A stretch of 63,887 nucleotides of DNA, the filler included, from Globobulimina sp. (lineage: Eukaryota): the NCBI GenBank assembly GCA_003354225.1. It is 45 parts of 45 records of this genome, joined end to end, with 100 filler letters (N's around TTAATTAATTAA, not from the genome) between each part and the next. Parts side by side here need not be neighbours in the genome. Positions count along the whole stretch, not along the records: positions 24,183 to 25,504 come from PIVH01018677.1; positions 25,605 to 26,926 come from PIVH01018678.1; positions 27,027 to 28,348 come from PIVH01018679.1; positions 28,449 to 29,770 come from PIVH01018680.1; positions 29,871 to 31,192 come from PIVH01018681.1; positions 31,293 to 32,614 come from PIVH01018682.1; positions 32,715 to 34,036 come from PIVH01018683.1; positions 34,137 to 35,458 come from PIVH01018684.1; 37 more parts are not named here. One strand, given 5' to 3'. The notes beneath the pieces are model-generated. The model did no database searches. It worked only from the letters and a program-made list of their open reading frames with translations, and was not told the DNA's origin. Shown here piece by piece: positions 24,083 to 36,999 of the stretch. Position 1 is the first letter of the stretch. Each line of letters starts with the position of its first letter. Both the position numbers and the translations under genes were made by a program.

Positions 24083-24182
24083 NNNNNNNNNNNNNNNNNN
24101 NNNNNNNNNNNNNNNNNNNNNNNNNNTTAATTAATTAANNNNNNNNNNNNNNNNNNNNNNNNNNNNNNNNNNNNNNNNNNNN

Positions 24183-25504
24183 ATATTTTACTCAAATGCT
24201 GGTAGTTTGAATCTGCAGAATGTAACTATATTTACACACAAATTCAAAAAATATATGCTTCTGCCATTGTATATTATATATACTGTTTCCGGATCCTTAT
24301 ATATTGATAATTGCATAATAATTGGTTGGATCAGTCTTGACTCTTCAGACGAAGTGCATATTATTAATACAATATTTACCGAAAACACTGCGATTTTTGG
24401 ATACGATATCAATAATTTAGTCTTGAATGGATCGAAATTTTATAATATCACTGACTGCTCCGTTTGGGGGTCTCCTTTATATCTATTTTATAGTTCCAAT
24501 ATATCATTGTTGAATAATACATTCTCATTTTTTCCAAAATGTGGATTCACCGGTTTTGATGGTGTGGATAATTTGCTGTTACAAAATAATCTATTTACCA
24601 TTGATTATAATGGCGTCAATAACACTGAGTATGGCGAGCTAATAACAATAGAAACAACTTCTTCATCTATAATAATGAACAATCATTTTATGAACAATAA
24701 TAATCAAAGTGTACCCTGGCTGTACGTCCTATTCTAATTATTATAACAATGCAGGTTTTCATTGTATTTATGGTAATGTAATGGATAACTTTGCCATAGA
24801 ATTATTGTACACGAATTTAACAAGTTGTAGAAGGCCAAAATCAATAAATTGTTTGCATGACAACGATTTCTGTAAAGATGGGATATATGGAATAATTAAC
24901 AAAGACATTGGGAGCACCAAATCAATCTTTATTATCACAAAGAACATACCATATATTTGGAACTTTAATATCTATTCAAACAGCTATATGTCATTGGACA
25001 ATGTTCAAATTTTAAACAATATTAACAAACCCTTAACAATCCATCGAGGTAATATATTGTTAATCGATTCATATTTAATAGCAAATGACACATCAGCAGA
25101 TATTTGGTACAATAACGATTCGTGTCAACTAATTTACAATGACAGGATGGCTGCCAATCCCAATCAAATCGCAACATTTATGATGAAATGCAATCAAAGT
25201 TCCAATAATAATAATTATTTTGTCAAATCATCAGCAAAAATGGTTAATCATTTCAGTGCATCACAATTTCATTTTGCATTCTTAAACAATGACAATACAC
25301 ATTGGCCTGGATCATCACTACAATTTCATCATTACATAACTGATATATTTGGCAATGTCATAAATGATTCAACGTTAATAAAATATACGGCTTCCACTGT
25401 GAATGTCAATAATATTAATTTATCCTTATCCGTTCCTATCAGAATTGACACCTTTGGTGAATGCGATGTATGTTCTTCCGGAGTACCGATATTTGCAGCA
25501 AATC
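24183..25504 (+). CDS. Asn-rich beta-helix-like extracellular protein fragment (frame break ~24730)
   Basis: Repeated ISLLNNTF / LLLQNNLF / IIMNNHF motifs. Confidence 0.45.
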
Positions 25505-25695
25505 NNNNNNNNNNNNNNNNNNNNNNNNNNNNNNNNNNNNNNNNNNNNTTAATTAATTAANNNNNNNNNNNNNNNNNNNNNNNNNNNNNNNNNNNNNNNN
25601 NNNNAATATAAGCAATGTTAACTATTCATTTAATATTTATGTATATAGTAGATTCAAAATAAGATAACCATACAATATATATATATTAAATTTAG

Positions 25696-26770
25696 GATAC
25701 AACCACCGTAATAACAACATTTGGAGAATGTCAATTAAATACTGGAGCACTGGTAACATTTGAACAAATTGATTCATTTGGAAAATATATTGATAATGGA
25801 TATGGAATGTATTATGAGCTAAAAACAAAGAAAATATTTCATTTTGACACATTGTCAGAACAGATAAACAATAAAAAACCAAAATTAATTCAATGTGGAT
25901 CCAATCAAAATGCAATGGAACAACATTTATTCTATTTATCATTGCAGCAATTCAGAAATAATAATAACAATAAATTACCACTGCCAACATCAAAAGAAAA
26001 TGCATTGGAAGTTTATAAATATTTTATTAAACTATGTGATGAATATAACATTAAATGTAATTACAATGATCCGCATATTAAACAGAAATATATCTCATTA
26101 GCTCGTTGTTCATCGTGCATAATAAGTCCAATGTGCTCTATTATCGGCGGTTTGGTCGCGGAGGAAATATTCAAAGGATGCTGCAATACATTTACTCCAA
26201 TTCACCAGTTTTTATATTTTGATCAATATGAATGTTTGCATAATGATCTAAGAGATGAGCTTATTACTTTTGGATATATTCGTAAAATACAAATGTCTTT
26301 GTCTGATAACAAGATAGTACCCGAATCAATATATAATTTGTGTCATTTATTTGTTGTGGATACTGATTGGAACAAATATTCGCCACACAATTCTCGATAC
26401 GATGATTATATTGGAATTTTCGGGCAAGCTCTACAACGCAAAGTGTTGCAGTCGCGTGTATTTTTAATTGGCGTTGGTTGCATTGGTGCGGAATTATTAA
26501 AAATGTGGGCTTTAATGGGAATGGCATGCGATAAAGGTAAAAAGGGTCAGATTTATGTGAGTGATAAAAGTCGACTCGAATTATTTAACAAAAGCAATAT
26601 GCCCTGGATATTTAAACGGAGACATATTGGACAGGCCAAATCTACGGCGGCAGCGCATGTCACTTCCACTATGAATCCCGACATTAATATTATTCCAATT
26701 GAAGATACTGTTGCAAAATATAACAAACATGTTTATGATTATGACTTTTGGACAGAATTAACCGGCACTT
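25696..26770 (+). CDS. Divergent ubiquitin-activating enzyme E1 (UBA1-like) fragment with insert
   Basis: SPMCSIIGGLVAEEIFKG, PIHQFLYFD, SRYDDYIGIFG, VFLIGVGCIGAELLK, MNPDINI. Confidence 0.8.
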
Positions 26771-27027
26771 TTGATACATTACGAAAGAATAATATGAAAT
26801 ATAAGAGGGAATCTATTTGAAATTCTCCACAATATAATTCTCACAATATAACTCTCGCAATACATCGATTTGTATTTTTATGCAGTAGATTGTACACAAA
26901 TCGATGCCAATGTAAATCCAGGAGTTNNNNNNNNNNNNNNNNNNNNNNNNNNNNNNNNNNNNNNNNNNNNTTAATTAATTAANNNNNNNNNNNNNNNNNN
27001 NNNNNNNNNNNNNNNNNNNNNNNNNNT

Positions 27028-27933
27028 ATGGACGAGAAAAAAGAAAAAGAAGTGGTTCCTATGGATGACGGACTGGATATTTATGACTGTAATTCGGACA
27101 TATTATGCACCGTAAAAGTGGATAAGAATGATACGGGATTGCATATTAAGAGAGCAATTATTAACTGTGATTGTTTTAATTTAAATACCAAATTAAAAAA
27201 GAAATTATCACCGTTACATTTGCGAGTCAGTATAAGAGGGAAATATGCCGGACGGCAGCCGACGTGGCAGATTTTAGGCGCCAATGAGAAGAAAATTGGA
27301 CTGAAAAATGGGAAATGCATTGTTGAGTTTTTCGATACGCCGAAGAAAGATAATAAGTTTGGGCAACAGGCCTCTGGCATGGCGTTGTTGTTCGTTCATA
27401 AAAAAGTAACAACGCAGTCACATAATGCAGCTGCAATCTATGGATCGCGATATGAAATTGAAGTGACTGACACTCAGAGACAGAAATTGGAGCCATTGAA
27501 AACGAAAATAATTTCACAATGTGATTTTCCGAAGAATACAGACACAAATGATATTATGTTGGCGTCGCGGAATTTGTTAAGTCATAAATGGACCATATTG
27601 GAAGAGAGGGAGCATAAACCCAAGAAAAATCAGAGGGAAGCGGCTAAAAAAAATGCAAAAAAAGTTTTCAAAATTTGGCCAAAACCATTTGATAGAGCTA
27701 TTATCGCAGTGCTATATATCAAGGATATGAATGAAAATGTGGTTAAAGAGATCAATGGCGAATATTTTGAAACTGAATGGGATAAATATTATTCTGTGAA
27801 ATATGAAGAAAAGGCTAAGGTAGAACTTGATCATGGCGATGAACCTCTGATTATAATAAATTTTTCAAATGATTCAGATAATGATAATAAAAATAATAGT
27901 AATAATAATGATGATGATGACAATGACAAATGA
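27028..27933 (+). CDS. Unknown protein fragment
   Basis: 301-codon ORF, no motif recognised. Confidence 0.5.
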   Translation: MDEKKEKEVVPMDDGLDIYDCNSDILCTVKVDKNDTGLHIKRAIINCDCFNLNTKLKKKLSPLHLRVSIRGKYAGRQPTWQILGANEKKIGLKNGKCIVEFFDTPKKDNKFGQQASGMALLFVHKKVTTQSHNAAAIYGSRYEIEVTDTQRQKLEPLKTKIISQCDFPKNTDTNDIMLASRNLLSHKWTILEEREHKPKKNQREAAKKNAKKVFKIWPKPFDRAIIAVLYIKDMNENVVKEINGEYFETEWDKYYSVKYEEKAKVELDHGDEPLIIINFSNDSDNDNKNNSNNNDDDDNDK

Positions 27934-28004
27934 CATCGTTTATTTTCTTAATCTTTTCTTCATATTTCCTTATAACGTTATCATTGTCATCAATTTGTTC
28001 TGAC

Positions 28005-28204
28005 TTTGTTCTGGATTTGCAAAGCCTGACAAAGTTATAACAAACACAGAACAAATCTATAACAAACTGTTTCTGGATTTGCAAATTAAGCGTTTCTGGT
28101 ATAATTGAATAAATACAAATTATCGAAATGTGTACAACTGACTAGCAACGATTTGCTATAGATTTGTGTTGAGTTTGTTCTAACGTTTGCAAATCCAGAA
28201 CAAA
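28005..28204. repeat. Foldback element with 19-bp perfect terminal inverted repeats
   Basis: TTTGTTCTGGATTTGCAAA at 28005-28023 and its reverse complement at 28186-28204. Confidence 0.8.
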
Positions 28205-28707
28205 TTTATAATTGAACCAAATGTCAGATATTTTCAATGTGATCATATTATTTACAAAGGATATTGAAACATGTTGACACATAATATTATTTATGTTGAA
28301 ACACAAAACACACAAACTTGAAATTTGTACAATAAAACAACAAATAGANNNNNNNNNNNNNNNNNNNNNNNNNNNNNNNNNNNNNNNNNNNNTTAATTAA
28401 TTAANNNNNNNNNNNNNNNNNNNNNNNNNNNNNNNNNNNNNNNNNNNNATAATTATATATGCATCGCCTTTTTGAAACATATAAATATGTCATACATCAT
28501 TGTCATTTTCCATAATGACTGAAATGAGTGACTGTGTTCTCTCAAGCGGTGATCCAAATTATTGTTTTTCTTTGTTATTTTGTAGTAAGTTTTGTAGTAA
28601 GTGTGTGCGAGGATAATGTATACAGTTTCAAACCTTGTACCAAAATTCCAACCCTAACAGTTTTACCACTTTAACAAAAAAACACGTTAACATTAAATAC
28701 CAAGAAC

Positions 28708-29770
28708 ATGTCAACATTCAGACTTCTGATTTTAATCCTTATCCATCAACTACATTCCATACAATATGAAATTCATTTAAATGCTACACATACCGGTCAC
28801 GCCGACATACAATATATATTTAAAAACGATCAAAACGTAAACACAGCACATAATATATGGCATATTAACCCCCAATCACAAGACCACTATGATTTATTAG
28901 TAGCTCTTGAACGAGAATGGATGTTCAATCCATCCATGCAATCACAACTAACCCTGACCCTCCACGGCCACACTCCGAATATATCCGAATCAGACGGCGA
29001 ATTTCTAATGGTCTTCGCAGTGGACACGCAATATTTTAGTGTTGTAATTCGTTTAGACACACAACGAAATCGTTGGAAATATTTTCCCGGAATTCTGTCA
29101 GACTCAAATCCATCCCTTCAAACTCTGGCAAACACACAAAATGTCCTCGCAGATATCATCCAAGGCGGTCCAGACAGTCTTAATCGATGGAAAAGAGTGT
29201 CAAACAATGACACATGGACAGATATAGAGCCACCATACAAAGATGCCTTGCAATGGCCATTCAGCATAAAACTAACAAACAATCCAATCCGTAACACTTT
29301 ATTCTATGAATGCATATTACATAATAAAATATTAGAGACAGAATATCAGACAGCATTTATGACAGATAAACCCATTTATATTTACATAATGAATGATGCG
29401 GACGATGGCAAACCATTCGATATATATTCAATCCATGTACAATATGCAGACAATCAAACTGTAAATATAACAAACACGCAAATAGGTACAATACATACCA
29501 CACCAAACTCATTTTTATTTCTTTCTTTTCGTACAACAATGTTGCCATAATCAGGTACATCGACATCGACATCGATGCAAACACAACAAACAGAGTTACC
29601 TATATTCAATGCATCGTCACCACCAACAATGAAGCCATCTAAATCACCGATAATGGAGGAGACAATAATAGCATTTGCAGCGAGTGCAAGCGATCAAAAT
29701 ATAGTTGGTCTGATGATAGGAGTTGTTTTTGGCTGTGTCACTGTGGCTATTTTGATTGTGTTGGGCTTTT
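28708..29770 (+). CDS. Type I membrane surface protein (signal peptide, novel ectodomain, PT linker, TM); intron ~29484-29554
   Basis: Hydrophobic N-terminus and TM; paralog of 62731-63887. Confidence 0.65.
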
Positions 29771-31128
29771 NNNNNNNNNNNNNNNNNNNNNNNNNNNNNN
29801 NNNNNNNNNNNNNNTTAATTAATTAANNNNNNNNNNNNNNNNNNNNNNNNNNNNNNNNNNNNNNNNNNNNATATGATTTTTGATTCGTCGTAGATACTTT
29901 TATACGAAATTCCCTCGTAAAAATCATATTTAGGATTGCCAATCTAAAAGACAAGTGTAGACATTGGAGACATGAAATGTAACGGTCTCTAAAATCACTT
30001 AGTTGGACATAGTCAATTTAGTTTTATCGAAGACAATAGCAATGACGGAACATTTTGATTGATGGAAACAATTGGAAAAGATATTAAACAGTTATTTGTG
30101 AATAAGCCAAGCTTAAATGAGTCACAGTTTAATTGGGAGCCTATTTTAAAGGATAATTTGGGAAAGTTAGGAGAAAATTTAGAATTTGAAGACAAAAGCC
30201 AAAAATCAAATGAAGATAATCTGATTAGCTTAATGATAAATTTATTAAAGGAAAAAGATTTAATTTTAAAGTATTTTTTTTACCACGAGTTTATTGATAG
30301 TTTATTGATAGTAAATTTCTGTCCTTAAGTGCATCATTTTTCTCATGAAACAGTTAAAAAGCAATAGAAAACACATTATAAAACATACTAAAACGCATTG
30401 TAAAACATAATAAAACATTTGTAAAACACACAAAATAATTTATAAAACAAATGAAAAACAACATAAAACAATTGTAAAACAAACAATAAATTAGAAAACA
30501 CAATGAATTATTTGGTGTTTTAATGAATATCTGTATGTTACTGCAATGTGAATCTCCCATCATAATGTATTTTGACTTCTTGTGACATGATCAAGCAATT
30601 AAATGTTGAAGATTTCGCTAGCCAAAACAATCTTGAATTAAAATAGTGATTTGAACATTTTTGACAAAAATAGTTTTCATAACAATAAAATACTATATGT
30701 TTAGTATACTATTCTAAAATAAAAAGTACAAGTTTATCACGCGGATTTTTCACAAAATTGAATTCAATCTTGACTCTTTGATTTAGCATTGCAAAATAAA
30801 TGTTAATTTTGAGCAAGTAGAAAAGCTGTGATGAAATTGTGATGCTGATATTTGAATTCAGCGCATCAAATAACACAATTTCATGTCTTTCTGTGTTTCT
30901 AGAGTTAAGTTTTTGTCAAATCATGGCAGCATCAAAGTTAAGCAATATACACGATACGCAATTTCGCATAATATATTAGGGCTCTCCGATAAGTACTGAT
31001 TTTTTCAAAAACTTTTCGAACACTCTCTACTTTCCTAATCAGTTCAAAAAGATCACTACTTTTTGCAAAAGTTGTAAACAAATTCCAAACGATGCCGAAA
31101 AGAAAATAAAACAATCCAGCATATTAAT

Positions 31129-31192
31129 TGTCGTCTAGCTCAAGTAGAGCACTGGATGTATGGATCCAGAAGATTCAGGTTCAATTCCTGAG
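31129..31192 (+). tRNA. tRNA or pseudo-tRNA cut by the contig end; isotype not assignable
   Basis: GCTC/GAGC D-stem, CTGGA/TCCAG stem with 8-nt loop, TCAGG-TTCAATT-CCTGA T-arm. Confidence 0.6.
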
Positions 31193-31292
31193 NNNNNNNN
31201 NNNNNNNNNNNNNNNNNNNNNNNNNNNNNNNNNNNNTTAATTAATTAANNNNNNNNNNNNNNNNNNNNNNNNNNNNNNNNNNNNNNNNNNNN

Positions 31293-31526
31293 TTGGATGA
31301 AGGCTTTACATTTGAAATATTTGTATGCATTGATATGATGAATAAAATGCCACATTCAATATTTACTCGATTAGAGATTATTAAACCAAAGGATTCTATC
31401 AATCATTTTATCACAAAAAATGCAAAAATATTTGTAGAAAAAGGATGGGAATTAAAACAATTTGATTATGTTCATGAAAGGAAACAAATTGGATGTAAAG
31501 AAGCATTGGTAATTCAAAAAAAATAA
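31293..31526 (+). CDS. C-terminus of the ART-like family (paralog of 57298-58203)
   Basis: FEIFVCID...KPKDSINHFI...FVEKGWEL aligns with FEIMRCID...NPIDSIQDFI...FAEKGWDL. Confidence 0.7.
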   Translation: MDEGFTFEIFVCIDMMNKMPHSIFTRLEIIKPKDSINHFITKNAKIFVEKGWELKQFDYVHERKQIGCKEALVIQKK

Positions 31527-32714
31527 AAAACTATACTCTATACTTTTAATTTTTTGTTGTGTTTTAATTTGTTTGCGATGCGATGTACAAATAACAAGAT
31601 TGGCGGTAATAGCAGAGATTAAATTGGCAGTAATAAATATCAACAAAGCAATACACACCACACAACATAATATCATTACAATTTTACAACATAACCGATC
31701 GCTTAATAAAATTGATAATTTAGCTCTCCCCTCCGGTTCAGGAAGATGTGGATTATATTATTATTTGGATCATCCCGTCCAAATCAATGTGCAATGTACT
31801 CTTCAGTCGTAACTAACAGTCGTAATATAATTTGACTTTGCATTTAATTAACATCAACACACAATCAATTACAAAAAAAATATAACCAATCAATAACAAT
31901 ATAAATTATTTGTCTATGAAGAAATACATTAAATTACAATTTAGAATGTTATTTTACAGTTAATAGCAAATCATCAGTTTGTTTTTATGCAAATCAAAAC
32001 GGAATTTATCAACATTCTTATTTTCATTGATTGTATCGGTATTTGTCGGAGTTTTGCCAAATACCACACTTAATCCACAACGAAAGCTCGGTGTAGTTAG
32101 ATCCCCGCATAAAACCCTAAAAAAAATATGTATTATTTTATATTCGTATGACAACAACACATATATTAATTACATGCCTGTCCGTAACAACGTCATCATA
32201 AACTATTTGGAATTCAATCAGCTTTTTATTGTTATCACTATTTCCAAATACAAACGACATGATATCATGTACAACATTGGAAGACAATTCTGTAGTTTCT
32301 GACAAATATCGAATACTCCAAAATTCTTTGGATAACAATTGAATTTTTGCATGGAATAACTGATCCACTACGATCTTATTGAAACATGTGGGAATCGATC
32401 CGTTTTTGTTTAAACCTTCACAAATATCCATATGTTCCATGTATTTCTGAAATAATTTTGAAATCAATCTGTTTGAACATAATTATAATGTCGTAATTAA
32501 AACAGCTCAAAAAACTTTAAAGTTGAACTTAACAAATCTCAATGATATAAATAATAAACGACACACCATTCCGAAATGAAAAATCGAATGCACCGACATG
32601 ACACATCAGTCGTTNNNNNNNNNNNNNNNNNNNNNNNNNNNNNNNNNNNNNNNNNNNNTTAATTAATTAANNNNNNNNNNNNNNNNNNNNNNNNNNNNNN
32701 NNNNNNNNNNNNNN

Positions 32715-34036
32715 TCTCCATTTTTAATCTCCTATACATAATACACATTATTTTCATACATTATCTTTATAGCAATTATACAATGTACACACTTAACCTT
32801 TGCTGGTCTAAGTTTCTTAGTAGGTTTTCTTAACAACAACAAAGAGTTCACAATGCATTGTTGAATATCCTCTTTTGTAATCATCCCCGACGTCGAACGC
32901 GTATTGTTATTATTTGTCAGTAATGGAACATTTCGCATCACGATTTCTCGAATTTTCTCGCGAATCTTCCGTTTCTCGTTTTCATTGTTCGCATTTAATT
33001 CGACTTCGATGCCTTCCACGATATGTACCAAAATTATAGAGTCTTCAATCTCGTCCATGTCATCTTGAATGGTTTCCAAATCGTCAAATTCTTCCTCATT
33101 TACGATAGCTTCAAACAATTCAGACATATGATTGCCGATTTTCACACTTAAGTGATTTCTAAAATATTCGCCAGTTTGTCGTATCACGTCTGGAACCGAT
33201 CGGGTTTCCATTTTTGTGGCGGTTTCTGCCGCGATGGTCTGTATTTGGTATTTTTGCCGGCTATTTTTCTGTGGTATCGATATTTTTGGTGCTTCTTTTA
33301 TTAAGGTTTGAGTCATAAATTCATCAAAATTATCGTCAGGAAGTTGTTTATGAATATTAAAATAATCAATGTCAGCCAATATCTTCTGGCATAATACTTG
33401 TTTTTCGTCATTTATCTGATCAAAAAAGCGCGACCAAAGCCATTTCATATCCTGCAAATAAAATCTTGTCGAACCCTGATTGATGTACCAATATGTTGAG
33501 CAATTATTTTGTGAAAATAAATGATACGACAACGCGAATTTATACCCATTCAACGCATCCAATATTTTGACATCATCAGGCTCGCCTTTTTGGAATTATA
33601 TATACTAAAATACATTAAATAAATTAAATATAAACATACGTTTCTCAGGATTTGGGAAAATATATTTTGTGGATAAACCCAGACTTTGTTCCGGGAATAT
33701 GTCAAACTTTGTTTTTATTTCATTATATTTCTCGGGGATAATGAAATATATTTTATCTTTCCACGTTTTCTGTGCGTTATGAATGTGTCCATTTTGATCT
33801 GGAACATCGATTTTAGGTTTCACGTATCCCATATTTTTGTGCTGCAAATTGATTGGATTCCTCCTATCAATGATAAAAACATAGCGTTTGCATCGTTTCT
33901 TGGACAAACCGAGTTTTCTGTCATTCCACATTGCAAACATTTGTTCGCCGACATTTGTTCCCTGCACCTCTGCCACCAAATAATTTTTATTCTTTATATA
34001 CCCACATTTTCTACATGAAAATAAAAAAAAGTATTC
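32715..34036 (-). CDS. Unknown protein fragment(s)
   Basis: Two same-strand ORFs; EEFDDLETIQDDM matches the motif at ~3700. Confidence 0.5.
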
Positions 34037-34136
34037 NNNNNNNNNNNNNNNNNNNNNNNNNNNNNNNNNNNNNNNNNNNNTTAATTAATTAANNNNNNNN
34101 NNNNNNNNNNNNNNNNNNNNNNNNNNNNNNNNNNNN

Positions 34137-34433
34137 CACTTTTTTTAGCATTTTCTTATGTTTTTTTGTTTTTTTATGCAGCGCCAAAACACTTTTATTG
34201 ATGAAATATCGAGCACAAATTATACATTTATGCTGCCCCATTCCTGGTTTATCAATATCACGTTTCTCTGATTTCAATGTTCCCCTTTTTATTTTAATGA
34301 TACTGTCTTGGATTTGATCAACATCTCTTTGTCTTAATCCTTCTGAATATCTTCGTTTTGTTCTTCGGAATCTCCTCTCAAATTTTCTCTTTCTTTTTCT
34401 TCCGCCACCACCACCGTTTCGTGGACCGCCCAT
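34137..34433 (-). CDS. ZNF593: ZNF593/BUD20 pre-60S zinc-finger protein
   Basis: RDVDQI, DKPGMGQHKCIICARYF...HKKTKKHKK. Confidence 0.88.
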
Positions 34434-34488
34434 GTTTAAAATGTAAAAAAAAACTTTACTTTAATACTAAGTTATTTTAAGAATTGTA

Positions 34489-35458
34489 ATGTCGGCTTCA
34501 AGTGCCGTTGTGGTTTACGGTGATTGCTTAATTGGTGCGTCCATACTTGGAGGTTTAATCAATTTATTTCAATTTGTTCGATTTTTTAAGCACAGACACA
34601 AACGATTTTTATCATCTCGGTATCCTCAGTTAATAATTGTTTATTGTTTGATATCTCTGATCACCTCAATTATTGTCGCACCATTCCTATTTTATTATGA
34701 ATTAAAAGAACGAAACAATGGATATTATTTTGAATTTGCATCAGAATTTTTAGAGGAAGCCTTTTTTACAATTTTATTGAGTATAATCGTTGCCCGCTCG
34801 TTTTTATTATATTATGATTATAATTTTGCGCAAGCGGTAGTTGACCAAAACTGGCGAGGTAAAATTGACCCAAATGAACAAAATGTTTGGTTAAAATATC
34901 GCAAAACGTTTGGAAATATAGACTTTGTCACTCGTTTTCTCTTTGGAATTAATTCTGTATCGTTGCTTGGCTTATGTTGTGTCGCTGTGGTTGCATATCA
35001 TACTCACAATGTATCACTGTTTCATTATTTCACATTATTTGGTTTAGGTCCGTTATATACGATATTTATCGTTTATTTATTATACAAAATAAGGAGATCT
35101 ATCCGCGATGCATTCTATATACAACAAGAAATAACCTATTTAAGCACATTTGTGATCCTTCGGATTGTTGCATTGTTGATTGATGTTATTGTGTCAGGAA
35201 CGCGTCATCACCACACTGAAAGCATGGTATTTTTCTTTACGGTGGAGGTTTTCACCCATTTTACTGCTGTTTGGGTCCAATCCTGGTGGGTTTTAAATAA
35301 ATTAAAGCGTGACAATGGTGACAATGATTCCGTGACAGTTCAACTTGCTTCTATTATTCAATTGGATAACAATGATTCAATGGCAATTGAAGCGAAAATG
35401 ATTGATGTTTTGTGTGATCAATTTGGATTCGAATCGTTGATAAGACATTGTGTGAATG
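34489..35458 (+). CDS. 7TM protein with the start of an RGS domain
   Basis: Seven hydrophobic segments, RYP loop, then VLCDQFGFESLIRHCV. Confidence 0.65.
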
Positions 35459-35558
35459 NNNNNNNNNNNNNNNNNNNNNNNNNNNNNNNNNNNNNNNNNN
35501 NNTTAATTAATTAANNNNNNNNNNNNNNNNNNNNNNNNNNNNNNNNNNNNNNNNNNNN

Positions 35559-36490
35559 AAGGAAATACCTTCAATCACAGCATCATTTATCACGTTATTA
35601 AAACACGCACAACAAAACAGGAAATATTTACTGTTCCATGAAAACATTAAAACCACACAAATATTGGTCACAAATAAATCAAATGAGATACAAAACACTG
35701 GAATATCGAACAGGATCATAGTGATCAATGACGACAAGGTTGAAATAATGGATATTGTAGCGAGAATCACTTGTTTTTTAATAATCATTTTAAATTCTTC
35801 GATAAATTGATAATCCGCAGAGATAGATGCCATGCAATCTTGTGTAAAGGCATGCAACTGCCGAGTAAATAAAATTAAATTCACTAAACAGGCAATGAAA
35901 TCAAAGATCACTGCATATATAATCAACCATTGCGGATAAATTGTATGTGTTTGGTGGATTTTGGTGTGGAGTATATATGAACCAATAAATATAACCACAC
36001 CGCCTAATAAATATATTCTCCACAACCAAACAAACGCTTTGTTGTATGAATAAGACGAATTTATGAATGATTCTTCAATTCGATACGATAATAATATGTA
36101 GAGACAAAATTTGGATAACGCATAGCCAGTGGCAATGCAATACGATTCATATTTGTATTGTATTATAAACCACGGAAACGAGTTTGTCCATTTAATTAAT
36201 ATACAACAAACTAGTGTGATCACTGAGATTAGCAATAAAAAATATGATGATACCAAGGACCAGGAAACGTGATTATTTTCAATATCCGCTGAGAGAAAGA
36301 GTTTGAATGAACATTGGTTTGGTTTGGTGCTTCCCAATTTTCTTCTGCGTTCGGCTAGTTTACAGGTTTGGTGTACCAATAGAAAGGTAATTACTGTGAA
36401 TGATATGATACACGATATTCCTGAACACCATTTATCGATACTTTGGGAAACATGAAAGGTAGTCATATTCTTTTCAGTCACTTCACTCAA
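35559..36490 (-). CDS. 7TM GPCR-like membrane protein
   Basis: About seven hydrophobic segments and a Cys-rich tail. Confidence 0.6.
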
Positions 36491-36519
36491 ATAATTATCA
36501 ACAAAACATTGTAAGCATC

Positions 36520-36880
36520 ATGGCATCAGAACAAAAATCAGAACAAAAGTCGGAAGCCACCAAAACAAGCACATCAAATGCAACCGAAATAACAAAACAA
36601 GCAATCGATGAAGAAATTATGACGATGAAGATAAAACAATTGAAAGCTTATATAAAAGCAAATAATTCTCCATATTTAACAAAAGTTATTCCTTACAATA
36701 ATAAGCAACCAGCGATTAATGAAAAGGATGAGATCCGATTCATAGCATTAGATTCTGTCCCATCTGGATGGACAAAACAACGAATTCAAAATCTCGCTGT
36801 TAATTATCGAAGATATTTCATTGAATACAAAATAAGAAAAATTATGGGTGATACATATGATAAAGAACAAGAAGCCAAAT
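36520..36880 (+). CDS. Unknown protein N-terminus
   Basis: ATG-initiated ORF to contig end. Confidence 0.5.
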
Positions 36881-36999
36881 NNNNNNNNNNNNNNNNNNNN
36901 NNNNNNNNNNNNNNNNNNNNNNNNTTAATTAATTAANNNNNNNNNNNNNNNNNNNNNNNNNNNNNNNNNNNNNNNNNNNNGGCGCAGCATCCAGAGACA

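Noticed and set aside
29871-31120. Short ORFs in an AT-rich contig
   Set aside because: No recognisable motifs; probably non-coding or decayed repeats
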